Both the position numbers and the translations under genes were made by a program. A stretch of DNA of 64,000 bases from NCBI GenBank assembly GCA_937925815.1, contig CALAMQ010000025.1:6354-70353 (forward strand), in the 5' to 3' direction. The DNA comes from an uncultured Granulosicoccaceae bacterium. GTDB lineage: Bacteria > Pseudomonadota > Gammaproteobacteria > CALCKW01. The notes below the pieces were generated by a model. That model searched no databases and was not told where the DNA came from. It saw only the letters and a program-made list of their open reading frames with translations. Positions 50,800-61,823 of this stretch are shown one piece after another; positions within the stretch are counted from its first letter, which is position 1; each line of letters starts with the position of its first letter.

Positions 50800-51456
50800 A
50801 TGACCCCAGAACGCTTTGCGAGACTCCGCGCCGTGCTCGACCGCCGTCAGCCGGACCTCACTGTCCTCGCTGATTTTGTGCACAAGCCGCACAACATCTC
50901 AGCCATCATTCGCAGTTGTGATGCCTTTGGTGTGAGCGACGTGCACTTGGCGATGGCCGAGAGTGACCGCAGCCATTTTCGCGCTTCTAAGGCTGCGGCC
51001 CAAGGGGCGGAGAAGTGGGTCAACGTGACGCTGCATGACCACATCTCCGACAGCATCAGCGCCCTGCAAGCAGACGGCTACCAAGTCTGCGCAGCACACC
51101 TTTCGGACCGCGCCGTGCCCTACCGCGATGTCGATTACACGCGGCCCACGGCCATCTTGCTCGGCGCTGAAAAAGACGGTGTCAGCGACCGGGTAGCAGA
51201 TCTGGTTGACCACCACATCATCGTGCCGATGGTCGGCATGGTGGAATCCTTTAACGTGTCGGTTGCCGCCGCCATCATTCTCTCTGAGGCGCACAACCAG
51301 CGCGAAGCCGCAGGTTATTACCAGACACCGCGCATCGACCCCAAGCGTTACGAACAGACGTTATTTCGCTGGGCTCACCCAAAGATTGCCAAGATGCTCG
51401 ACGCTGCTGGCGAACCGTATCCGGCGTTGAACGAAGACGGCGATATCAGCGCCTGA
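50800..51456 (+). CDS. trmH: tRNA (guanosine18-2'-O)-methyltransferase
   Basis: RRQPDLTV, HKPHN.SAI.RSCDA, GAEKDG and PMVGMVES.NVSVA motifs. Confidence 0.94.
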   Translation: MTPERFARLRAVLDRRQPDLTVLADFVHKPHNISAIIRSCDAFGVSDVHLAMAESDRSHFRASKAAAQGAEKWVNVTLHDHISDSISALQADGYQVCAAHLSDRAVPYRDVDYTRPTAILLGAEKDGVSDRVADLVDHHIIVPMVGMVESFNVSVAAAIILSEAHNQREAAGYYQTPRIDPKRYEQTLFRWAHPKIAKMLDAAGEPYPALNEDGDISA

Positions 51457-51685
51457 TAAACGGTTTCGATGTGTTTTCTTGAGATTGGGTGACATGGATT
51501 TCTGTACCTCGCATCGCACTCGCTCAGAACGTGCTTGCAGGCTCCGCAGCAACTGTGACGTGGACGCTGCGCTGATGTCTCTGGGATAAACTGCGGGTCA
51601 GCGTGTTCTCGGAGGACGAGTGCTGGACGCGTATGTTGCCCAACGGTTCGCGGCTGGTGTGAACTCGGCGATCTCGCTGTGTCAT

Positions 51686-51964
51686 TTAGCGGTTGCGCCA
51701 GAGTCGTCCCACCGCGCGATCCGATCCTAGCGTTGCCACCACCATAGCCACGGCGCCGATTGCGTAAAAGACCACGCAGGGCAGCAAGATGCCGAGTTGC
51801 TGTGTACTGATTCCAAGCAACAACAATGCTGTTGCAAGCACCAGAAACAGCGCGGATACCGCTTTCAATATGGTGCGGTGTGACGGTCGGTAGTCGACGG
51901 GCTCGTCGCCCTGGTCGAGGTAGGCCAGCAGCGGCGCGAACAGTCGGTTGAAAAAGTGACTCAT
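51686..51964 (-). CDS. Hypothetical small membrane protein (2 TM)
   Basis: 92-aa ORF with two hydrophobic segments, an SHR motif and a GSDRAV..LW end. Confidence 0.65.
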   Translation of the reverse strand: MSHFFNRLFAPLLAYLDQGDEPVDYRPSHRTILKAVSALFLVLATALLLLGISTQQLGILLPCVVFYAIGAVAMVVATLGSDRAVGRLWRNR

Positions 51965-52251
51965 GTCTGGAACCTTTGGGAGAGCAAGCAGTGTGGCACT
52001 CACCTGCGGCGGCATCAATTTGTGAGGTGTCAGTGGCAACATGCGATTCGCCCATCTGCCAGGTTCAGGGTGGATGTCGCTTGTGCAAGATCTCTGGGCT
52101 GGCATCGCGATGAATTTGACTGTGATGCCGGGCGAGGGCCGAATTGAAACGGTCAGTCAGGGCGCGATAGATCATGGCTTCCGGCGGTGGTGGGCGACTC
52201 GCTGACTGGTAGCTGATCTCGAACGCGCCGATCGCTTTCGGCAATGGAGGA

Positions 52252-52650
52252 ATGACGATGTTGGATGTGACAGCTGTTGCGGCGTCGGTATTGGGTTTGT
52301 GGTTAGTGGCGTTGTCAGCAAACGTCATTCGCCTGCGTCGCCAACTCGACGTGGGGCTCGGCGATGGTGGTCATGATGAGCTCTACCGCGCAATCCGCGC
52401 ACACGCCAACTTCGTGGAATACGCACCCATGGGGCTGTTGCTGCTGGCTTGTCTCGAACTCAATCACGCGCCGAGTTGGCTCACACTCGTTTGTGCGTTG
52501 AGCTTCGTGACGGGTCGCCTGCTGCACCCTATTGGCATTCGGCACGCGCAATCGCCGTGGCAGTGTCGTGTGTTTGGGATGGTGTTGACGCTGACGGCGC
52601 TGGTCGTGATGGCCGTTGCCGGTCTCTTTTTGGTGGTTGTGCGCGTTTAG
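52252..52650 (+). CDS. MAPEG family membrane protein (YecN-like)
   Basis: GLGDGG, RAHANFVEYAP and GRLLH motifs. Confidence 0.9.
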   Translation: MTMLDVTAVAASVLGLWLVALSANVIRLRRQLDVGLGDGGHDELYRAIRAHANFVEYAPMGLLLLACLELNHAPSWLTLVCALSFVTGRLLHPIGIRHAQSPWQCRVFGMVLTLTALVVMAVAGLFLVVVRV

Positions 52651-52670
52651 TGCATCGCGCGGGCTCGGTC

Positions 52671-53171
52671 TTAAACGCCGCCTTGTTTGGCGATGATGCG
52701 CTCAAAACAGCGCAAAGTTTCTTCAGAAACGTGGTGTTCGAGCCCTTCCGCATCAAGTTCAGCTGTTGCCTCTGAGACGCCGATAGCCCGCAGAAAGTCA
52801 TAGACGATGCGATGGCGTTCGCGCATTGCATCGGCGAGTTCTTCGCCTTTTTGGGTCAGGAATATCGAGCGGTACCGCTCGGTGGTCAGATATCCGTCTC
52901 GCTGGAGGCGGGCGACGGTCTTGTTAACTGTCGCGGGGCTGATGCCCAGGCATTCGGCGAGGTCTACGCTGCGCGCCTCGCCTCTGGCCGCGATCAGGTC
53001 CGACACCAACTCTACATAGTCCTCCGCCACCTCGGTTTGGTGCGCGTCGCGTACGTGATTAAACGCTGCCGCGACTTGGATTGGGTCGAGGACACGGTTG
53101 GGGCGGGCGGGTTCGTTGGACACGGGCAGCAGCACGGTTGGCGGACCGCCAGTGTAGGCGGGCTCTTTCAC
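52671..53171 (-). CDS. mntR: Manganese-binding transcriptional regulator MntR (DtxR family)
   Basis: AEDYVEL, HTH, YRSIFLT, RERH and DAEGLEHHVS motifs; start uncertain. Confidence 0.92.
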   Translation of the reverse strand: MKEPAYTGGPPTVLLPVSNEPARPNRVLDPIQVAAAFNHVRDAHQTEVAEDYVELVSDLIAARGEARSVDLAECLGISPATVNKTVARLQRDGYLTTERYRSIFLTQKGEELADAMRERHRIVYDFLRAIGVSEATAELDAEGLEHHVSEETLRCFERIIAKQGGV

Positions 53172-53191
53172 GCTGGCAAACTAGTTTGCAG

Positions 53192-53220
53192 TTGCAATGT
53201 AAGTTAGCCTTGGCTAAATT
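53192..53220 (+). promoter_or_regulatory. sitA promoter overlapped by an MntR-type operator
   Basis: TTGCAA-N17-TAAATT; dyad AAGTTAGCC-TT-GGCTAAATT (53201-53220) resembles MntR/DtxR boxes and covers the spacer and -10. Confidence 0.75.
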
Positions 53221-53252
53221 TGTCGACCAAGACTTAATTTGGAGTTGCCGTT

Positions 53253-54134
53253 GTGGTCGCTGTGCGCCAATCGCTCGCCGCCCTCGCGTTGTTATTGCCT
53301 ATAAGCGTGCTCGCAAAACCTTTCACGGTCGCGACAACTTTCACGGTGATCGCGGACATGGCGCGACAGGTGGCAGGCGACGCTGCTGAGGTGGTGTCAA
53401 TCACCAAGCCCGGAGCCGAGATCCATAACTATCAGCCCACACCGCGTGACATCTTGCGCGCCCAAAAAGCTGATCTCATCCTGTGGAACGGTCTCAATCT
53501 CGAATTGTGGTTCGAGCCGTTTTTCGCGACGCTGGCGGGCGTGCCTGAGGCGGTGCTGTCAGACGGCATTGAGCCGATGTCTATTGGGCGCGGGCCTTAC
53601 AACGGCAAACCGAACCCGCACGCTTGGATGTCGTTTACCGATGCTGAGATCTACATCGCCAACATCCGTGATGCGTTGAGCACCCACGACCCGGCCAACC
53701 GCGAGACCTACACGCGCAACGCCGAGGACTACATCAACGAATTGCGTGCGGCAGCTGGTCCCATTCGCGCCCTGATTGAATCGGTCCCAGAAAACAAACG
53801 CTGGTTGGTGTCGAGTGAAGGGGCGTTCAGTTACCTTGCACGCGACCTCGGTCTGCGTGAATTGTATCTCTGGCCAATCAACGCCGACGCGCAAGGTACG
53901 CCCCAGCAAGTGCGGCATGTGATCGACACGGTCAAAGCAGAGCGGATCCCTGCTGTGTTCAGTGAGAGTACAGTCTCAGACAAGCCGGCCAAGCAAGTCG
54001 CACGCGAAACAGGTGCTCAGTACGGTGGCGTGCTGTACGTCGACAGCCTCAGTGGCGTCGACGGTCCGGTACCGAGCTTTCTCGATCTGCTGCGCGTGAC
54101 CAGCCAAACAATTGCTAACGGTTTACAAGAGTGA
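53253..54134 (+). CDS. sitA: Mn/Fe ABC transporter substrate-binding protein
   Basis: [24 protein letters not shown] and LYVDSL motifs. Confidence 0.92.
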   Translation: MVAVRQSLAALALLLPISVLAKPFTVATTFTVIADMARQVAGDAAEVVSITKPGAEIHNYQPTPRDILRAQKADLILWNGLNLELWFEPFFATLAGVPEAVLSDGIEPMSIGRGPYNGKPNPHAWMSFTDAEIYIANIRDALSTHDPANRETYTRNAEDYINELRAAAGPIRALIESVPENKRWLVSSEGAFSYLARDLGLRELYLWPINADAQGTPQQVRHVIDTVKAERIPAVFSESTVSDKPAKQVARETGAQYGGVLYVDSLSGVDGPVPSFLDLLRVTSQTIANGLQE

Positions 54135-54994
54135 CACCTGAATCTGGCATCGTCGCACACGGTTTAAGTGTGACTTATCGCAACGGCCACTCGGCACTCA
54201 TTGATGCGAGTTTTTCGGTGCCACGCGGCACGATCTGTGGCTTGGTTGGGGTAAATGGTGCCGGCAAGTCGACACTGTTCAAAGCGATCATGGGTTTTGC
54301 GCCGGTGTCGGCAGGGCGCGTGGAAATTTTCGGGGGCAGCGTGAAGGATGCGCTCGCCGCCAATCGTGTGGCCTACGTTCCGCAAAATGAAGACGTTGAC
54401 TGGGATTTCCCGGTGTTGGTTCGCGACGTGGTGATGATGGGGCGCTACGGCCACATGGGATTTATGCGCATACCGCGCCGCGCTGATCGCGACGCGGTGG
54501 CAGCGGCGCTTGCGCGCCTTGGTATTGAAGACCTCGCCGAACGGCAGATAGGCGAGCTCTCAGGGGGGCAGAAAAAGCGCGTGTTCCTTGCGCGTGCCCT
54601 GGCACAAAATGCCGATGTAATCTTGCTCGACGAGCCTTTCACTGGGGTGGATGTCAACACCGAAGAGGCGATTGTCTCTTTGATGCACAGTTTGCGGGAG
54701 GAGGGGCGGCTGATGCTCGTCTCAACGCACAATCTCGGGTCTGTGCCAGAGTTTTGTGGTCAAGTGATTTTGGTCAACCGCACCGTGCTCGCCTCGGGCC
54801 CAACTGAGACAGTGTTCACCCGGGATAATCTCGAGAAGACCTTTGGCGGCGTGCTGCGTCGCTTTGTACTCGGCGGGTCAGCCTTGCATGATGACGACGA
54901 CCCCCGCAGCGTGACCGTTATTACCGACGACGAGCGGCCGGTGGTGTTTTACGACGACAACGCAAACGATTCCAGTGGGAGCGAGCCGCCGTGA
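54131..54994 (+). CDS. sitB: Mn/Fe ABC transporter ATP-binding protein
   Basis: [17 protein letters not shown] and LLDEPF; SitB/YfeB-type tail (TDDERP). Confidence 0.92.
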   Translation: MTPESGIVAHGLSVTYRNGHSALIDASFSVPRGTICGLVGVNGAGKSTLFKAIMGFAPVSAGRVEIFGGSVKDALAANRVAYVPQNEDVDWDFPVLVRDVVMMGRYGHMGFMRIPRRADRDAVAAALARLGIEDLAERQIGELSGGQKKRVFLARALAQNADVILLDEPFTGVDVNTEEAIVSLMHSLREEGRLMLVSTHNLGSVPEFCGQVILVNRTVLASGPTETVFTRDNLEKTFGGVLRRFVLGGSALHDDDDPRSVTVITDDERPVVFYDDNANDSSGSEPP

Positions 54995-55842
54995 TCGCAC
55001 TGCTGCTCGAGCCATTTGGCTACGAGTTTATGCGAACGGCGCTCTGGTGTTGCGCGCTGGTTGGCGCTGTGTGTGGATTTTTATCAGCGTATTTGATGCT
55101 CAAAGGTTGGTCCTTGATTGGCGATGCACTCTCGCACTCGGTAGTGCCAGGGGTCGCCGGTGCCTACATGCTCGGCTTGCCATATTCGCTTGGTGCGTTT
55201 GCGGCGGGCTTTCTCGCAGCCGGTGCAATGCTCTTTATCAAACAACGCAGCCGACTCAAGCAAGACGCGATTATCGGTTTGATTTTTACGGGATTCTTCG
55301 GTGCAGGGCTGTTTATGGTGTCGCTCTCGCCAACTGCAGTGGACGTGCAGACCATAGTCTTTGGCAATGTGCTCGCCATTGCGCGCGAAGATGCAATGCA
55401 ATTGCTCATTATCAGTGTGGTTGCGATGGCGGTATTACTCGCGCGCTGGCGAGAGTTGTTGTTGGTGTTTTTTGATGAGGCGCATGCGCGTACTGTGGGA
55501 CTCAATCCCACGCGGTTGAAATTGATTTTCTTTAGTCTGCTCAGCGCGTGCGCTGTCACAGCGCTCATGACGGTCGGCGCGTTTCTGGTGATTGCACTCG
55601 TGGTCACGCCCGGTGCCACGGCCTACCTCCTGACCGACCGCTTCTCGCGGCTGCTTGTGATCAGTACTTTGCTCGGTGCGTTGACGAGCGTGGTTGGTGT
55701 GTATTTGAGTTATTTCCTCGATGGCAGCACCGGTGGTGTCATTGTGGTGTTGCAGACACTGCTTTTTCTCGTGGCGTTTATCGCTGCCCCGCGCCACGGT
55801 TTACTGGCGGCGCGTCGTCGTCGTGCGCAGGTCCGCCTGTGA
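54991..55842 (+). CDS. sitC: Mn/Fe ABC transporter permease
   Basis: [16 protein letters not shown] motif; coupled to sitB. Confidence 0.9.
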   Translation: MIALLLEPFGYEFMRTALWCCALVGAVCGFLSAYLMLKGWSLIGDALSHSVVPGVAGAYMLGLPYSLGAFAAGFLAAGAMLFIKQRSRLKQDAIIGLIFTGFFGAGLFMVSLSPTAVDVQTIVFGNVLAIAREDAMQLLIISVVAMAVLLARWRELLLVFFDEAHARTVGLNPTRLKLIFFSLLSACAVTALMTVGAFLVIALVVTPGATAYLLTDRFSRLLVISTLLGALTSVVGVYLSYFLDGSTGGVIVVLQTLLFLVAFIAAPRHGLLAARRRRAQVRL

Positions 55843-56684
55843 TTGAGACCTGGCTGCTTGAACCGCTGAGTTTTGCTTTCGTGCGTCATGCATTGTTGGT
55901 AGGGTCGCTGGTCGCGGTCTCAGCGGGTCTTTTGTCTGCCTATTTGGTGCTCAAAGGCTGGTCGCTGATGGGCGACGCAGTAGCCCACGGCGTCCTGCCG
56001 GGCATTGTCATCGCCTACCTAGTTGGTGCGCCGCTCGCGTTGGGGGCCTTTGCCGCCGGCATGGTTTGCGCAGTGTCGGTCGGTTTTATTTCCGAGCGCT
56101 GTCGCGTCAAAGAAGACACCGTAATGGGTGTGGTATTTTCAGGAATGTTTGCGCTCGGGTTGGTGTTGGTCACACGCACAGAATCCGATGTGCACCTCAA
56201 CCACATCCTCTTTGGCGACATGTTGGGTGTGTCAGCTCAGGACATGATTCAATCGAGTGTGATCGCGCTGGTGGTCGCGAGCTTGGTCATGTTGCGCCGC
56301 CGGGATCTGATGCTCTATGCCTTTGACAGTCAACATGCGCGCGCGGTCGGTGTGCCGGTAACGCTGCTGCATTATGGGTTGCTGGCTCTGTTGGCGATGA
56401 CCATTGTCGCTGCACTCAAAGCCGTGGGGCTCATTCTGTCCATTGCGCTGCTGATCGCTCCGGGTGCGATTGCCTATCTGTTGACGACCCGATTGAGTCG
56501 CATGTTATTGATTGCACCGGCGGTCGCGGTGCTCGCCACGGTGGTCGGGGTTTTGGTCAGTTTCCAAATAGACAGCGCGCCCGCGCCGACAGTGGTGTTG
56601 GGCCTGTTGGTGTTTTTTATCGCAGCGTTTCTGTTCGCGCCGAGACAGGGTGTGTTGCGCCGGCGCGGTGTGGGCCAACCATGA
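55839..56684 (+). CDS. sitD: Mn/Fe ABC transporter permease
   Basis: LKGWSLMGDAVAH and HL.HILFG motifs; GTGA overlap with the sitC stop. Confidence 0.9.
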   Translation: MIETWLLEPLSFAFVRHALLVGSLVAVSAGLLSAYLVLKGWSLMGDAVAHGVLPGIVIAYLVGAPLALGAFAAGMVCAVSVGFISERCRVKEDTVMGVVFSGMFALGLVLVTRTESDVHLNHILFGDMLGVSAQDMIQSSVIALVVASLVMLRRRDLMLYAFDSQHARAVGVPVTLLHYGLLALLAMTIVAALKAVGLILSIALLIAPGAIAYLLTTRLSRMLLIAPAVAVLATVVGVLVSFQIDSAPAPTVVLGLLVFFIAAFLFAPRQGVLRRRGVGQP

Positions 56685-57544
56685 GGCATGTTCAAGCTGG
56701 TGAGCATGCGGTTATTGTTGGATGCGGTTACGCGGGCCAGCGCTTGGCGCGCTTGCTGGAAAGCCGGGGCGCTACCGTGACGGCCTTCACTCGATCTGGC
56801 AGGTCTGTTGCGGGCTTGCCAAGTTATGCGCTCGATCTCGATTCCAGTGCACTGCCTGATCTGCCTCGGCACGATGTGCTGTTTTACCTCGCACCACCGC
56901 CGGGTGAGGGGGTGTCAGATCCGCGCAGCGAGGCACTGATTGCGGCACTTGACGCCACGCAGCGCCCGGCTCGGGCGGTGGTGTTGGTGTCGACCACCGG
57001 TGTCTATGGCGAGTGCTTGGGTGCGCGGGTGGATGAATTGTCACCGCTGCGCCCTGGCACCGATCGCGCGACTCGGCGTGTCGCTGCGGAATCGTTTTGG
57101 CGTGCGGCCTGCACCCGTTGGCGACGGCCGTTGGCGGTATTGCGGGTCGCAGGCATCTACGGGCCGGGACGCTTACCTGTGCGGCGTCTTGATGACGGCG
57201 GGCCAATCTGGCGCGCAGAGGACGCACCGGTTAGCAATCGCATACACGTTGAGGATTTTGTGTCAGCCTTGCATTGTGTGGTTGGGCTCGACGGCACACT
57301 CGATGTTGCCGACGGCAACCCGATGCCTTTGACCGTGTTTTACCATTTACTTGCAGACGCGACCGGTCGGCCACGTTTGCCAGAGACTGATGATTTGAGT
57401 CAAATTCCGCAACTGCGCGGTGGCTTTGGTGAATCGCGGCGAATCCACGCGCAACGTTTGAAGACGCTGCTCGGTGGCTTAGCGTTTGCCGATATCGTGC
57501 AAGGTCTGCGCGCAAGCGTCAGAGCTGAGCGAGAGGGCGCTTGA
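56681..57544 (+). CDS. NAD-dependent epimerase / atypical SDR
   Basis: IVGCGY.G, STTGVYG, GIYGPGR and NRIHVED motifs; ATGA overlap with sitD. Confidence 0.87.
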   Translation: MRHVQAGEHAVIVGCGYAGQRLARLLESRGATVTAFTRSGRSVAGLPSYALDLDSSALPDLPRHDVLFYLAPPPGEGVSDPRSEALIAALDATQRPARAVVLVSTTGVYGECLGARVDELSPLRPGTDRATRRVAAESFWRAACTRWRRPLAVLRVAGIYGPGRLPVRRLDDGGPIWRAEDAPVSNRIHVEDFVSALHCVVGLDGTLDVADGNPMPLTVFYHLLADATGRPRLPETDDLSQIPQLRGGFGESRRIHAQRLKTLLGGLAFADIVQGLRASVRAEREGA

Positions 57545-57653
57545 TCGTGCGTCGCGGCGGGTCCACAACAAAGACCCAAAATGATGCCTTGGTAGGGGCC
57601 TTGTGGTTGTTGCACCGCGTGAGTCGCGGTGCAATCACGGTGGCGGGCTGTGG

Positions 57654-58322
<669 letters not shown>

Positions 58323-58462
58323 TTACACTAATCTGAAAGGTCGGCAATCCCTCGCCAACCCGAAATGTGTTGCTAAACGGCTCACACTAACCGATTTTCG
58401 CGCGCCGACCCATGGCGAGTGCGCGACCCCTTTACTGTAGCCCGTTCAAGGACATACCGATC

Positions 58463-59056
58463 ATGCCGTTGCCCGACTCACTGCGACACCTGCGCAAAGA
58501 TCTGCGGCTCGACGTCGCGCTTTGCGGCCACTCGATGCGATTCGACACCACGTGGGGGTTGTTCTCCCCCAAAGCCATCGACGAAGGCAGCAAATTGTTG
58601 CTCGATCACATGGATATCTCGGCAACTGACAATTGTCTGGATCTGGGCTGCGGTTACGGACCACTTGGTTTGTCTATGGCCAAACAGGCGCCGCAGGGCC
58701 GCTCACTGTTGCTCGACAAAGATTTTGTCGCAGTTGAGTACAGCCGCCGCAATGCCGCTTTAAACGGTATCGACAATGTCGAGGTGTTGTTGAGCAATGG
58801 CTTCAGTGAAGTGGGCGATCAGCGCTTTGATGTGATCGCGTCCAATCTGCCAGCGAAAGTCGGTAACGAATTGTTTTATCTCTATTTTTACGACGCACTT
58901 GATCGCATGCCGGTCGGTGGTCGGTTTTATGTTGTGGTGATCAACGGCCTCAGGCATTTCATCTCCCGCGCCTTTGGCGAGGTGTTTGGCAACCATAAAA
59001 AGATCAAACAAGGCCGCACCTATACCGTTGCCATGGCCGAGCGTTTGGCGGACTGA
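58463..59056 (+). CDS. Class I SAM-dependent methyltransferase (MTS / RsmC-like small form)
   Basis: GLFSP..ID.GS, LDLGCGYG and SNLP motifs. Confidence 0.85.
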   Translation: MPLPDSLRHLRKDLRLDVALCGHSMRFDTTWGLFSPKAIDEGSKLLLDHMDISATDNCLDLGCGYGPLGLSMAKQAPQGRSLLLDKDFVAVEYSRRNAALNGIDNVEVLLSNGFSEVGDQRFDVIASNLPAKVGNELFYLYFYDALDRMPVGGRFYVVVINGLRHFISRAFGEVFGNHKKIKQGRTYTVAMAERLAD

Positions 59057-59064
59057 GCAGCGCG

Positions 59065-61029
59065 ATGCTTTTGAATTTCTTGAGCCAGACTGGTCGCGCG
59101 CTCTGTGTGAGCGCAAGTGTGTTTTTCTCGTTGTTCTGTGTTGATGCGCTGGCGTTGACGCGCGCCGAACAGCGCCTTGAATTCACCGCCGCACTGGCAT
59201 CTCTCAAGGCCGGGGACCGTGGTGACTTCTTCACGCGCGAAGCCCGCCTGCGCAATTACGTGCTGCATCCACACCTGCGGTACGCGCTAGCGCTCGATCA
59301 CGTCGAGCGCTCTGCGTGGCCCGATGCGCGCGCAGCGGTTTTGCATTTTGCGCGGGCGCAGCCGAGCAGCGCTCAGGCGGCGTCGCTTGTGCGCCGTGCA
59401 CGTTTTCGATTGCGCGACGACAACAACTGGCGGGGCGTGCTTGACAGTCGTGCGTGGCCCGGTGCCCACGACATGCCATGCCTCGAGTTGCGGGCGCGGG
59501 TTGCGCTCGGGGAACAACAGACACTTGCTGAGTCAGACCGCGAGCGCTGGACCAACATAAATTGGTCGGCCGATTGTGAGGCGGGGTTTACAGCCCTGCT
59601 CGCCAATAACGCTGTGGGTGGTGCGGACCTCTGGGCTCGCATCGCAGCGCTCATGGACCGCGGGCGGCTCGAGGGCGCGCGCGCCTTTTTTCCGCAGCTC
59701 TCCAACGCAGATGACGCGCTGCTGACGCTGTGGATTGCCGGGCACAATGACCCCGAAGCACACGTAAATGACCCCTTGATTCGCGGTAACACCGCTTTCA
59801 ACCGCAACATGGCGCGTCACTTTATCTCACGCTGGGCGCGCCGCGACCCGCTGGCGGCCGCGCGTCAGATAGCGCGTTTTGTCAAAGCCGGGCGCTATGA
59901 CCCTGATACCTATGGCGACATGTTGCGCACCGTTAGCGTGCGTGCGGCGGTGGACTACCGCCCGCAAGCTTCAAAATTGTTAAATGCTTTGCCTGCAAAC
60001 AGGCACGACGCCAAGTCGCGAGCGTGGCAAGTGCGCTCGGCTTTGCGCGCGGGCGATTGGACGGCGGTGCGTCGTCATATTGGCGCGATGCCAGATGCTG
60101 AACGGGCTGATGGTGCGTGGCGCTTTTGGCACGCCATAGCCGCGCAAAAGAGTGGGGATACCAAAGCGGGCGAGGCCGCCTTGCGTGCGCTTGCCAGGAC
60201 GCGCAGCTATTACGGGTTCTTGGCAGCGGACGCCATCGGCGAGCGCTACAACCTCGAGATCGAAGCCACGCCACGCGACTCCGGCTTGCGCGCGCGTTTG
60301 CAAGCACGGCGGGACGTGCAAACAGCGCGTGAGTATTGGGCTGTTGGGCTCGATGAATGGGCTCAACGCAGCTGGACGGGTTTGTACCGCACCTTGTCGA
60401 AGACTGAATTCACCGAGTTGGTCACCATCGCGAGCGACTGGGGCTGGCATGACCGCGCTATCGCGGGCAATGCGAACACCTCATACAGCGCGGATCTGCC
60501 GCTGCGTTTTCCTTTCGCTTTTGAAGAGTCGGTGGCGGCACAGGCGCGCGCTCAACGGCTCGACCCGAGTTGGGTGTTTGCCGTGGCCAGGCGCGAGAGT
60601 GGTTTTAGGCCGGCGGTGCGCTCGGGCGTCGGCGCCCTTGGTGTGATGCAATTGATGCCCGCGACCGCGCGTGCAGTTGCGCGCGAGCGCGGCGAGCCGC
60701 GAACGGGCAGTCTGCTCGATCCCGCGCGCAATATTCAACTTGGAACGCATTACCTCGCGCAATTGCACCAGCGTTTTAAAGGATCGGCCGCACTTGCGAG
60801 CGCGGGCTATAACGCCGGCCCGAGCCGTATCGCGCGCTGGAGCACGGACAGTTGGGTTGCCGGTGCTGGGTTGGATACCGCACGCTGGGTTGAGACCTTG
60901 CCCGTTGATGAAACTCGCAACTACGTCCAGGCCGTCATGGCGTATGCCACGGTGTACGACTGGCTCGCCAACCGCCGCATTGATGTGCCGCTCACTCGCA
61001 GACTGGGTGCGGTGCCGCGTTTCGACTAG
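59065..61029 (+). CDS. slt: Soluble lytic murein transglycosylase (Slt70-like)
   Basis: Signal peptide, helical N-domain, YYGFLAA, RRES (catalytic Glu), GVMQLMP, YNAGP and ETRNYV. Confidence 0.9.
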   Translation: MLLNFLSQTGRALCVSASVFFSLFCVDALALTRAEQRLEFTAALASLKAGDRGDFFTREARLRNYVLHPHLRYALALDHVERSAWPDARAAVLHFARAQPSSAQAASLVRRARFRLRDDNNWRGVLDSRAWPGAHDMPCLELRARVALGEQQTLAESDRERWTNINWSADCEAGFTALLANNAVGGADLWARIAALMDRGRLEGARAFFPQLSNADDALLTLWIAGHNDPEAHVNDPLIRGNTAFNRNMARHFISRWARRDPLAAARQIARFVKAGRYDPDTYGDMLRTVSVRAAVDYRPQASKLLNALPANRHDAKSRAWQVRSALRAGDWTAVRRHIGAMPDAERADGAWRFWHAIAAQKSGDTKAGEAALRALARTRSYYGFLAADAIGERYNLEIEATPRDSGLRARLQARRDVQTAREYWAVGLDEWAQRSWTGLYRTLSKTEFTELVTIASDWGWHDRAIAGNANTSYSADLPLRFPFAFEESVAAQARAQRLDPSWVFAVARRESGFRPAVRSGVGALGVMQLMPATARAVARERGEPRTGSLLDPARNIQLGTHYLAQLHQRFKGSAALASAGYNAGPSRIARWSTDSWVAGAGLDTARWVETLPVDETRNYVQAVMAYATVYDWLANRRIDVPLTRRLGAVPRFD

Positions 61030-61340
61030 GAAGCGCTGCCACCGAGGCAGGGCGGAGTCTGGGCGGCTTGCTCGCCGCGAGCGACCCACTCTGGCTCAGT
61101 AAAGGTGTGTAGCGACAGCGCGTGTATCACCGCGAGCTCATCCTTTAATGTCTGATTGAGCAATCTGTGGCGTTGCAGCAAGCGCTGCCCTTCAAAGGCC
61201 GCAGACACCACTGTCACTTTAAAGTGGCTCTCTGAGCCCGGCGGCACGTTGTGTTTGTGGCTTTCGTTCTCAACCAGCATAAAAGATGGTGTGAAAGCCT
61301 GGTTGAGTTTGCTCTCAATAGTATGTTGTACGCTGGTCAT
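61026..61340 (-). CDS. bolA: BolA family protein
   Basis: NESHKHNVP.GSESHFKV, F.G...L.RHR, HALSLH and PPC.GG motifs. Confidence 0.94.
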   Translation of the reverse strand: MTSVQHTIESKLNQAFTPSFMLVENESHKHNVPPGSESHFKVTVVSAAFEGQRLLQRHRLLNQTLKDELAVIHALSLHTFTEPEWVARGEQAAQTPPCLGGSAS

Positions 61341-61823
61341 GGCGACTCGCTGAGGCAGTTGGCGAGCACACGATACGTTATATAGCCAAACGCTGCGCCC
61401 GGGGATTAACACGGCTGGCAGATTGTCACCGCAAGCAGATACGCGGCATAGGAAATTGCGAGCGTTGAATCCGCGAAACTCTGGTCTCGTCAAGCGTTTG
61501 GTGGCACTTGGACCGCCTAATGGATGGAAACAGGCGGGCATTTACAGCGACGGCGGGTTGAAATGGGGGATTGCGACGGTGTGCTGCATTGCAACAGTTC
61601 AACTTGGTCATATGTGCACACCGGCCTAATTTGTTGTTTTTTTGCGACAAAAGCCACCGATGGTTCGTGTCGGTGAGAAAAATATTTCTTTTTTTTGTCG
61701 ACTCTGTTGCAAAAATGTCGCGCGTTTCCTACATTAGTCAGTGTGGGTTGGCCGAGCAGTGTTGGATCGGTCAACACCCAAAAAATTAAAACAACCATCA
61801 CGTTACTGTTTGGAGATTCGAAA

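Noticed and set aside
55548-55838. Long N-terminal extension of sitD in the ORF track
   Set aside because: Lies inside sitC; the GTG at 55839 overlapping the sitC stop is the plausible start
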